This document shows positions 34,498-43,656 of a stretch of DNA of 45,519 nucleotides, one piece after another. Positions within the stretch are counted from its first letter, which is position 1, and each line of letters starts with the position of its first letter. The DNA is from Asterionella formosa (lineage: Eukaryota). The translations under genes were made by a program, and so were the position numbers. Below the pieces are notes generated by a model that saw only the letters and a list, made by a program, of their open reading frames with translations, was not told where the DNA came from and searched no databases. The stretch lies in contig NKIB01014247.1 of assembly GCA_002256025.1 (NCBI GenBank), positions 1 through 45,519 of the forward strand. The letters are read 5' to 3'.

Positions 34498-35688
34498 ATG
34501 AAGCTTTGTATCGTCGCTGTCCTTGCAACATCTGTGTCGGCTTTCAGCCCTGCAGCCTTCACCGGCCGTACTCTTCGTGCTCCTGCCTCCACGAGCACCC
34601 TCAACATGGCTTTGAAGCCTGGTCAGGTTCCTCTCATCATTGGGGTTGCGGCTGACTCTGGTTGCGGAAAATCCACTTTCATGCGCCGCCTCACCTCCAT
34701 CTTCGGTGGAGATGTCGTTGGACCTCTTGGGGGAGGATTCGGAGCACCTGGAGGTTGGGAGACAAACACGCTGGTTTCCGACTTGACCACTGTTATCTGC
34801 CTCGACGATTACCATCTTAATGACCGCAACGGCCGAAAAATTTCCAAGCTCACTGCTCTTGACCCACGTGAGAATAACTTTGATCTCATGTACGAGCAGA
34901 TCGCTGCCCTGAAGTCCGGGAAGACTATTTCGAAGCCCATCTATAACCACGTCAATGGAACTCTTGACACCCCTGAGACCATTGAGCCCACCCCTATTAT
35001 CATCTTCGAAGGTCTTCACCCGATGCATGATGCCCGTGTCCGCGAGCTCCTTGACTTCACCCTCTATCTTGACATCTCCCCTGACGTCAAGCTCAACTGG
35101 AAGATTCAGCGTGATATGGAGGAGCGTGGTCACTCCCTTGAGTCTATTCTTGCTTCCATCGAGGCCCGCAAGCCTGACTTCGATGCCTTTATTGACCCCC
35201 AGAAGAAATTTGCAGACATGACCATTGAAGTCCTTCCAACCCTCCTCGACCCTGAGGACAAGAAGACCCTTCGTGTTCGATGTATCCAAACCGAGGGTGT
35301 TGAAAATTTCAACCCTTGCTATCTTTTCGATGAAGGCTCCACCATCAGCTGGTCTCCTGCCCCTGGAAAACTTGCTGCTCCTGCCCCTGGACTCAAGCTT
35401 TCCTACGGAAAGGAGCAATACTACGGAAAGGATGTCCAAGTCGTTGAGATGGACGGTGCCTTTGACAACATCCAGGAGCTTGTGTATGTTGAGTCTGCCT
35501 TGAGCAATACCAAGACCAAGTTCTACGGTGAGATGACTCAGGCTATGCTCGCTCTGGCCGAAGCCCCTGGATCCAACAATGGAACCGGTCTGATGCAGAC
35601 CCTTGCTGCTTTCGCCATCCGCGAGCTGTATGAAAAGAAAACTGCCGCTGCTAAGCTTTCAGCTACTGCAGCAGCTGCGGCCGCCTAA
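34498..35688 (+). CDS. PRK: Phosphoribulokinase, plastid-targeted
   Basis: MKLCIVAVLATSVSA-FSP presequence. Motifs IIGVAADSGCGKSTFMRRL, VICLDDYH, KPIYNHVNG, EGLHP, WKIQRDMEERGH, PGSNNGTG. Confidence 0.98.
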   Translation: MKLCIVAVLATSVSAFSPAAFTGRTLRAPASTSTLNMALKPGQVPLIIGVAADSGCGKSTFMRRLTSIFGGDVVGPLGGGFGAPGGWETNTLVSDLTTVICLDDYHLNDRNGRKISKLTALDPRENNFDLMYEQIAALKSGKTISKPIYNHVNGTLDTPETIEPTPIIIFEGLHPMHDARVRELLDFTLYLDISPDVKLNWKIQRDMEERGHSLESILASIEARKPDFDAFIDPQKKFADMTIEVLPTLLDPEDKKTLRVRCIQTEGVENFNPCYLFDEGSTISWSPAPGKLAAPAPGLKLSYGKEQYYGKDVQVVEMDGAFDNIQELVYVESALSNTKTKFYGEMTQAMLALAEAPGSNNGTGLMQTLAAFAIRELYEKKTAAAKLSATAAAAAA

Positions 35689-38444
35689 GTATTGTACTCT
35701 ACACTATTTTTTTTAAATCTGCCTTTCGACTCGTACACTCTTGGTTTCATTTAATGATATTCTCTATTATCTAGACGACATACCGGTGACATGCACATAG
35801 CTACAGGTAGGCATGCGAAGGGGACAGTTGACTATGACAGGTTGACAAGGTTGCCACCAGCAATCAAATAGGGGTATTCTCGATGGGTTCATTGAACGGT
35901 CGTTTGTTGGACTTTCTCAAAACTATGGCTGATGCATTCGTTGGCAGGAAACGACGTGCGTATGTGATGTTCTGTTGATCAAACATCCATCCAACACGTA
36001 CATACGTAAATGTACCGTATGACCCAGCTAAGTACCGGTATACTATCACATTTCATGTATTTTTGAAAACAACACTCTCACACTAAAGGGAGTAAACGCA
36101 CGGTTTGAACTTTGCACATGCAACCTTCGCCGTAGTGAAACGTTCGTATTTTCCGGTGTGTTTCATTTAGTCTGTTTTTCGTATAGGTAAAACTTCTTTT
36201 TCGAGTTTCACCGAAAATTTAGTGGAGTCTCTCAACAAATACCTATAGTACTTTATGTCACTCCTTGCTTATTTTGGAAAAATCGGATATTGACATACGG
36301 TACCCATCGAGCACAATTAACCACAACAAAACCACTTGCAATGCTAAATCAATCAGTTGATTGACAATGGTGGTGCTTTTGGTAGTGTCAGTGACCTCAT
36401 AAACAGGGTAAATCATAGCAAACTAAAGGAAATAATGATTAGCTATTCTTTTATGTTTTGAGGCACTTTGACGATCTAATGGATTGATAGGCTGTTTGCT
36501 AATGCAATTCACGAATAGAAAGTATATCTCCGAACAATTCATCTGAGAATCGCGTTTGCCACTCCTCCATTGCAACAGCTGTAGATAGAAGGTCTTGTTT
36601 GTTGCTTCCCTTGTCCCTGCTGATCTGTTGATTGTTGTGTTACTTGAAACCTTCGCCAATCGGTTCCTTGTGTGGTTGCCAATGTCCGACTTGAAGGGTA
36701 TTTCGACTTCCATTGCGCAACTTATGATTCAAATCAACCCATTCCTCATATTATCATTATCGCTGCTTCCATATGAATAAAGAGGAATGGAAAGGAAAAA
36801 CTGAGTGAGATTCTGGTACACAAAGTTGCGCGACAATATCCAGTCTGTTGCTCGTCACTTACTATTGGAAAGTTACTCTGTTTGATTGTCACATCGGGGA
36901 CACTGTGCACAATTCCCTCAGCTCCAGGCGACTGCCTAAGACTACAATCGATCTGTGAGGTGCTGCAAGAAGAAAAAACGAAGCAATCAAGACAAATGGA
37001 GGACAAGGATCACGGTTCCGGAGGTGTGTGATGATGTAATATTTATGGTGAAGTTGGATATGTGCATATTGAATTCAGCCGTACCTACTGGCACAGTAGA
37101 ATACTACCATCAGGTTCAACAAGGGAGAAAGAGGTCATGGTGGTCTAGACTAACAGTACCAGGTACCATGTAGCTGAATTCTAAATTGACTACCGGTAGA
37201 CTACCAGTATACTTGTACTCCCACTGTTCAACTATAGTGGCAACATGCTCAGCAACTAACCTGGTTTGATCCACGTCCTTTTAAGGGGCCCTCTGTAGAA
37301 AGGTAATATAAATTTTCTCTATGAGATGACGATGCTGGCAACATGTAAATTAGTTAGATTAGTTTATTAAGGCAAGTATATTGCTGAAAAGCGATAAATG
37401 TGGATAAATTAGGTCTACTGAATTTACATGAATATTGCTACCTTGCATGTTTGTTTTGCCCTACAAGCAAAGAGTGCGTGATATGCAATAATTAAGATCG
37501 GCCGACTACAAATGCTGTAAAAACTAGGGTAAAAATGCCTCACTAAACAAAAATTTAGCAACACAAAAATCAAAATGAAAACTGATTTGGGCAAGTCTCG
37601 GGCCTCAAGGCTAACAACAATGGGCGTTGAACGTAAACAAAGATGAATACCTGGATTTACAAAAAGCGGCTGGCCATCCATTTCATCATTCCAGCCATCA
37701 TCATCCTTTTGAGGTTGCAAGGCGAGCAATTGATGATGCGTTGTTGCTGTTCTGGCATTAAATCCTTCTTCTTGCTTGTATCAATTGACAAATGAAGGTT
37801 CAATGAAAAAGGGTTGGTCCAGAGCAAACATTCCCATCAGTGTGTGATTCTATGAAAAATGCGCCAAAAATCGAGGTCAGGTTCACCCAATTCTAGACTA
37901 CTTAGAAATATATAATATGCACCATTTGATTTGGAATACTTTTTAAACTAGGCAGGGCTGCTAAGTGGAGAATTATCGGAGCTCGCGCTTCATGAGAGGC
38001 AGTGACCTAAAATTTGGTTGCAACTATTGTTGAACAGAGGGAGTATTAGTTAAATAATATGCATCTAGAATAGCTGTACTAACTGAAACTAAAAAGATAC
38101 ATACCGGTGCTCGAGGACATGCTTGGCTATATATATACCGGTACACATATATGCACTTAATTATATAAAAAGAAAAAAATTATATTTTAGGACGTTCATA
38201 AAATACCGGGAATAATATCTATATTACAAACACCCGAATATCCGGGGTTTCAAGATTCCTTAAAAACGCGGGAAAATAATTTGACACCTGGAATATGATC
38301 GAAAGATGATGAGAACAAACTGTTCAAACACTATCCTTGCCGATCAAGGCGCTCGTGCGTATCATTGCGTTGCTCGACGTCCTCCTGAAGATTCATCTCA
38401 TGCGTTCGATGACGATACCCGCAATTAACATAAAGCGAGCGAAA

Positions 38445-39941
38445 ATGATTGCGGGGCCATGGTACCTGCTTGCTCTTATGATATTGAGCATTTCGTTTTC
38501 AGTAGCGGCCTCAAGTAGTGTGAAGCGAACAAGCAGCGCGTTCGTAGAATCATCATCATTGCTTCAAATGCAACATCAACCAACGTTCTTTGTGAAACGA
38601 GCAATATCTATCCGAGGAGGGGACGAAAATAATCAATCAGAATCGGTCATTGGTGGAGTTTTGACTGGCCTACTGGTTGGACTTGGAAAAGCTACACTTG
38701 CCACAGTATCGGCAGTTCAACGGGCTATTTCGGCTGCTTTTGAATCAGATGAGATGGAAGAATTGGAGGAATCATCTGCGGTGACCAAAATATTGAGAAC
38801 TCTCGGCAGAATGTGGAACGCTGCCGTGGACTTTCCACCTGGAAATGATGGGGAGGAAGAAGGTGCATTCAACACAAATTCGAAGGAATCAATTTCCCCC
38901 GGTTCCACCAAAGCTTATTCGGAACCGATAACTGAGTTTGGTGGGTTCCTCTCGAAGAGTTATGGAGTAGATAGGGAAGAGGGAGCATCAACAGTGCTCG
39001 GTGGCACCATCGGAGATGCGCTTCGTGATGCTAGATCAAAGGCCCGGTTGCTGCTTGTGTTCATTCCAGCTGAGCGACCATCAAGCAAACGAAAAAAGAC
39101 TTCGGATCAACTAGCTATCCAAAGCTTGTTGAGTCAAGGAGTGACACAAGCATCTAATAAGCCTTCTAGGAAGAAGGCTACGACTGGTTCATTTTTGCTG
39201 TGGGGCGCAAAGGCTTCGTCTCCAGAAGCCATGACGGCCATGAAACGACTAAAGGTCAAACAACCAAAAGGGGGAAACCGACCAAGCTTGGTGGTAGTAT
39301 ATCCTGCCCAAGTATTAGACTCTTCAGGGCAGCCAAAACTGGTACCCAGGTTGTTGGCACAACATCACTGTAGTCCACCTCCTACTCCTGAGTCAATGGC
39401 AGCCTGGCTCAATGCATTGAGGAAGCGTCACGCAAAGCAATTTGCATCCATGCAGCACGAGTTGAAGGAGGTTCAACTTTACAAAGAACGTCAGCATGGG
39501 TACCGAAGTAGTGTCCAGAATGACCTTAAACGACAAGAACAGGAGCAGCGAGCTGAAGAAGAGAGACTAGCCAAAGAAGCGACAGAACAAGCGCGACAAG
39601 AACGCTTGTCGCAGAGGCGAGTAGAATTGCTAGCCTCGCTCCCCCCTGAGCCACCAAAGGAATTTTCCTTTACAATCGCTCTTCGTTTCGCCAATGGAAA
39701 CTCTGGACAACGTCGGTTTGCACCAGACACGCTACTCACAGTTGTCTTTAGTTGGGTCGACGCCATGTATGACATGGAGCGTGAACTTGTGGTGCTAACC
39801 ACCATGAACGGTCAAAAATCCTTCGCATGGGATGATTTAGGCACATTGACACTTGAGAAGGCAGGATTGGGCCGAATGACCGGACTACGAGTCTCGCAAA
39901 AGACTGATGTCGATGACAAGCTAGAGGATGAACCTGTTTAA
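38445..39941 (+). CDS. UAS/UBX-domain protein (FAF2-like Cdc48 adaptor) with signal peptide and transit-like peptide
   Basis: DALRDARSKARLLLVFI (UAS-like), charged coiled coil, and LPPEP...IALRFANGNSGQRRF...TLEKAGL (UBX). The start codon is uncertain: in-frame ATGs also occur at 38400 and 38409. Confidence 0.8.
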   Translation: MIAGPWYLLALMILSISFSVAASSSVKRTSSAFVESSSLLQMQHQPTFFVKRAISIRGGDENNQSESVIGGVLTGLLVGLGKATLATVSAVQRAISAAFESDEMEELEESSAVTKILRTLGRMWNAAVDFPPGNDGEEEGAFNTNSKESISPGSTKAYSEPITEFGGFLSKSYGVDREEGASTVLGGTIGDALRDARSKARLLLVFIPAERPSSKRKKTSDQLAIQSLLSQGVTQASNKPSRKKATTGSFLLWGAKASSPEAMTAMKRLKVKQPKGGNRPSLVVVYPAQVLDSSGQPKLVPRLLAQHHCSPPPTPESMAAWLNALRKRHAKQFASMQHELKEVQLYKERQHGYRSSVQNDLKRQEQEQRAEEERLAKEATEQARQERLSQRRVELLASLPPEPPKEFSFTIALRFANGNSGQRRFAPDTLLTVVFSWVDAMYDMERELVVLTTMNGQKSFAWDDLGTLTLEKAGLGRMTGLRVSQKTDVDDKLEDEPV

Positions 39942-40019
39942 TTTAGTGGCCAAAATAGTATAAACAAAGTTGTCATCAATCTCGCCGACAGCATTAGCGA
40001 CATGGTGTTCGATTACACG

Positions 40020-41171
40020 TTACAAAAGTTGTGCTCCAACCTTGGCATTTCCTTCTGCCTTCATAAACTGCTCACGAAGGCTGTATACGTATTGCATAAC
40101 TTGAATTTCCACTGGTGTCATAGCCAGCGTATTGAAAAAGTCCACATGCAAGACAACTCTTTCTTGAGTAGGATGATCATTAAATGTTTCGTGCTCATAC
40201 GTAGTATCGTACAACAAGCACTCTCCAGCCTTCCATCGGTTTGTGATGGGTCCAACTCGAATATACGCCGCATCCCCCTCTGGCACAATAATTCCCATTT
40301 GACATGTTAACCACATGTTATTCCCATCACTGTGTAATGGAATCCCACTCTGAGGCTGTTGTCGATTGAAACCAGCGATTCTCCCTGCCAGAGGATAGGA
40401 TTCCAAAATACTGGTCGTGACCGGAGCTAGATGATAAGGGAAGTCGTTGATCCGGTGACCGTTGTAAAACAAAACGACTGTTTGCCATCCTGCGTCATAA
40501 TTCATGGATGTGACCGATTGAAAGCGGTTCTTGCCTCCTTGTCGTTCCATATCTTGCACCAAAGCGTGATATTCTTGCTTAATGATTTCATAGTTTTCCG
40601 TCAACTTTTGACACAGCGTCAATTGCGTAGGATCATAAAATGGCTTGGTGGGTCCCAATCCAGGCATGTAGGCATGAATCTCTCGATGCGGGCGGAAAGG
40701 GTCCTCAATGATAGTGTCTTCCAAGGGCAGGATTGGATCCAGGGCGTGTCGCACCACTCCTGCCACGCGTTTAAGTTGTGAGTCTGGCACGTTTGGAAAC
40801 TTGGCGGCAATCAAACTGGGCATGAGTTGCCAAAACGGGTCGTCGTTGGGTGGCGATTCAGCCACTGCACGGCCAATGCATGTTCTGGACGATGCTTGTT
40901 GAAGGGAGTCTATCATTTGGTCTTGTTGCGATTTGACAAATGGTATGTTGGGAGAGGGGTCCTTCTTTGGCGGCACTGAATCGTCGAGTTGGTCAGCAAG
41001 AGAGGGTCGCTTTTTCTTTTTCGAAGCAGGAGGGCTCTTCTTATCAAAGCCTTTTGCAGCAGCAAGCTCAAACGGAGCTGCTTGAATGTATCCAGCGAAA
41101 CGGACAAGAAAAGCATGGCATGATTGGATCGTTGCCGCCAGGAGTAGTATACGAGCAACTGTCGTGTTCAT
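40020..41171 (-). CDS. Aspartyl/asparaginyl beta-hydroxylase-family 2OG-Fe(II) dioxygenase, plastid presequence
   Basis: IPLHSDGNN, CQMGIIVP, WKAGECLLYDTTYEHETFN, RVVLHVDF. N-terminus MNTTVARILLLAATIQSCHA-F. Confidence 0.85.
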   Translation of the reverse strand: MNTTVARILLLAATIQSCHAFLVRFAGYIQAAPFELAAAKGFDKKSPPASKKKKRPSLADQLDDSVPPKKDPSPNIPFVKSQQDQMIDSLQQASSRTCIGRAVAESPPNDDPFWQLMPSLIAAKFPNVPDSQLKRVAGVVRHALDPILPLEDTIIEDPFRPHREIHAYMPGLGPTKPFYDPTQLTLCQKLTENYEIIKQEYHALVQDMERQGGKNRFQSVTSMNYDAGWQTVVLFYNGHRINDFPYHLAPVTTSILESYPLAGRIAGFNRQQPQSGIPLHSDGNNMWLTCQMGIIVPEGDAAYIRVGPITNRWKAGECLLYDTTYEHETFNDHPTQERVVLHVDFFNTLAMTPVEIQVMQYVYSLREQFMKAEGNAKVGAQLL

Positions 41172-41538
41172 GGTGACGACAAGCAATTCGCAAAGATCCT
41201 AGAGCAGTGCATCATGTCAACAAATACCGCTACCGGTATATAAATTCACGTGAGGCATCATCGTGACCATCAGCCATCAAGCGGCGGAATGCTGTTCCTC
41301 GGCGGTTCCCTATGCAGGCAGCAGCAGGAAATTCCCCGACGCAGGCGAAACTGGATTGCTTCCACGTGGAAGCACTATTGTCCAATGATCGCTCAGTTTT
41401 TGAATATACAGTACGGTACAGTATTAGTTCCGCCCCCCCCATCGAAATTCTTCAACACGCACGACCTGCCACAGAGAGCACCTGGCACCACCATTACATT
41501 TCGGCCTTCGTTGACACTGGAAAGAGTAGGGCCTAATT

Positions 41539-42199
41539 NNNNNNNNNNNNNNNNNNNNNNNNNNNNNNNNNNNNNNNNNNNNNNNNNNNNNNNNNNNNNN
41601 NNNNNNNNNNNNNNNNNNNNNNNNNNNNNNNNNNNNNNNNNNNNNNNNNNNNNNNNNNNNNNNNNNNNNNNNNNNNNNNNNNNNNNNNNNNNNNNNNNNN
41701 NNNNNNNNNNNNNNNNNNNNNNNNNNNNNNNNNNNNNNNNNNNNNNNNNNNNNNNNNNNNNNNNNNNNNNNNNNNNNNNNNNNNNNNNNNNNNNNNNNNN
41801 NNNNNNNNNNNNNNNNNNNNNNNNNNNNNNNNNNNNNNNNNNNNNNNNNNNNNNNNNNNNNNNNNNNNNNNNNNNNNNNNNNNNNNNNNNNNNNNNNNNN
41901 NNNNNNNNNNNNNNNNNNNNNNNNNNNNNNNNNNNNNNNNNNNNNNNNNNNNNNNNNNNNNNNNNNNNNNNNNNNNNNNNNNNNNNNNNNNNNNNNNNNN
42001 NNNNNNNNNNNNNNNNNNNNNNNNNNNNNNNNNNNNNNNNNNNNNNNNNNNNNNNNNNNNNNNNNNNNNNNNNNNNNNNNNNNNNNNNNNNNNNNNNNNN
42101 NNNNNNNNNNNNNNNNNNNNNNNNNNNNNNNNNNNNNNNNNNNNNNNNNNNNNNNNNNNNNNNNNNNNNNNNNNNNNNNNNNNNNNNNNNNNNNNNNNN
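41539..42199. other. Assembly gap (661 N)
   Basis: Run of n characters. Confidence 1.
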
Positions 42200-42315
42200 A
42201 CCCCCACGCGCACAAGTTGTCTATTAAGAACATCGTTCCGTTTTACGTAGAGTGACTCTAGCGTATAAAATAAAGCACAGTTCTGTTAGTCGTAGATATC
42301 ATCCACAGCATCATC

Positions 42316-43371
42316 ATGTCGCCGTCAGAACAACCGAACGACGAGACGTCGAGGTTGTATCCATTGGGGGTCTCACACTTCGTGTCAATGACACGAGGAC
42401 AGATACCGCTGGTCCTCTCCACGCCTCATGGTGGGAAAGAAGCACCAGATTGGATCCCTAGTCTCAGCTCGGGGCCATGTGTGGCCGACAAGTACACTGT
42501 GGACTTGACGGAAGCCCTGGTGCGGTTGATTGGAAAAGAAATGGGAGGACGGGAACCATTCGCCGTGTACAACAAGTTGCACAGATGCAAGATGGATGCC
42601 AATCGGGAACCCAGTCAAGGCACCGGAGGGGGATTGTACGCGACGAGCGTCCATCAGTTGTACCATGACACTTTGCAGCAGTGTGTGGATGAAGCAATGC
42701 GGTATGCTTCGAACACGACCAAACAAGTGCTGCTAATTGATATTCACGGATATGCTCCACTCAAGACCTGGAACACGACGAAATGGGATTCCTCCTGGAT
42801 CATGGTGGGGCATTTGGTATCGAGGAAAAATTTGCGCTCGATCAAGATCTTGCCCAATGAAGACTGGGTCCGAGGACCAGCAAGTCTTGGTTCCTTGCTG
42901 CAATGCGAGGGTCTCTTGGCGGAACCGTCCATGCAACGACCTGTCCCACACGCGGGCAAGTACTTTTCGGGAGGTTACATTACAGCGCGTTATAGAACTA
43001 CTGACGATTCTAATAATGGGATTACCGTTCAAACCATTCAATTGGAACTTCCACGACCCATGAGAAATGAATTGGGGAAGGTTGCTCATCGAATGGCCAA
43101 GGCTATTGCGAAGCTCATGCTACTTTGGGAGTATATCCCTAGTAACGAATCGAATGGACCGCAAAGTACCGTAGAGAGCAGTGATGATATGATGATTTCC
43201 CGAAATGACACTGGGAGCGACGACATTGATGGTGACGGCGACGATTGTGATGACTTTGAAGATGGCGACGATGACGACGCGAATGATGATATTGTGGTTG
43301 ATGTCGTTCAGGAAGGCCCGCGTCTAACCAACAATGGTGGCATGTCTGGTACAGCACACAGTATGCTGTAG
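42316..43371 (+). CDS. N-formylglutamate amidohydrolase-like protein with acidic C-terminal tail
   Basis: PLVLSTPHGG, DKYT, LHRCKMDANR, YH, LLIDIHG, YFSGGYITARY, IQLELP. Confidence 0.8.
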   Translation: MSPSEQPNDETSRLYPLGVSHFVSMTRGQIPLVLSTPHGGKEAPDWIPSLSSGPCVADKYTVDLTEALVRLIGKEMGGREPFAVYNKLHRCKMDANREPSQGTGGGLYATSVHQLYHDTLQQCVDEAMRYASNTTKQVLLIDIHGYAPLKTWNTTKWDSSWIMVGHLVSRKNLRSIKILPNEDWVRGPASLGSLLQCEGLLAEPSMQRPVPHAGKYFSGGYITARYRTTDDSNNGITVQTIQLELPRPMRNELGKVAHRMAKAIAKLMLLWEYIPSNESNGPQSTVESSDDMMISRNDTGSDDIDGDGDDCDDFEDGDDDDANDDIVVDVVQEGPRLTNNGGMSGTAHSML

Positions 43372-43656
43372 ACAAAACAAGAATGCAAGATGTTCGCTGC
43401 AAAGCAATTGTTTTCACCTCTCACACGAAAGGAACAAAGCTACCTCAGCAACCAACTTGAAAGATGGAAAAGCGATTTATTTCCTGGCTCCAACAGCCGG
43501 AAACAACAGAGCGTGGTGGTGGTACGAAATTAGCGAGAAGAGGTATTAACCCCTTCAACAACAAAGTTTATAAAAAAAATTAAAAAGCTTATTAAAGAGT
43601 ATCACCCTCAACCTTTCATCAGTCAAACTCTGATGCCTAGAAATAAGCACCAATCA

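Noticed and set aside
34492..35439. 315-aa antisense ORF over PRK, and similar antisense ORFs over ThrRS, cysK, the transhydrogenase and 28862-29614
   Set aside because: Shadow frames of codon-biased genes with no recognisable motifs.
36400..37830. Short ORFs between PRK and the UBX gene
   Set aside because: No recognisable motifs or consistent splice model. Possibly decayed sequence.
41250..42233. Long ORFs spanning the N run
   Set aside because: Artefacts of translating the assembly gap.
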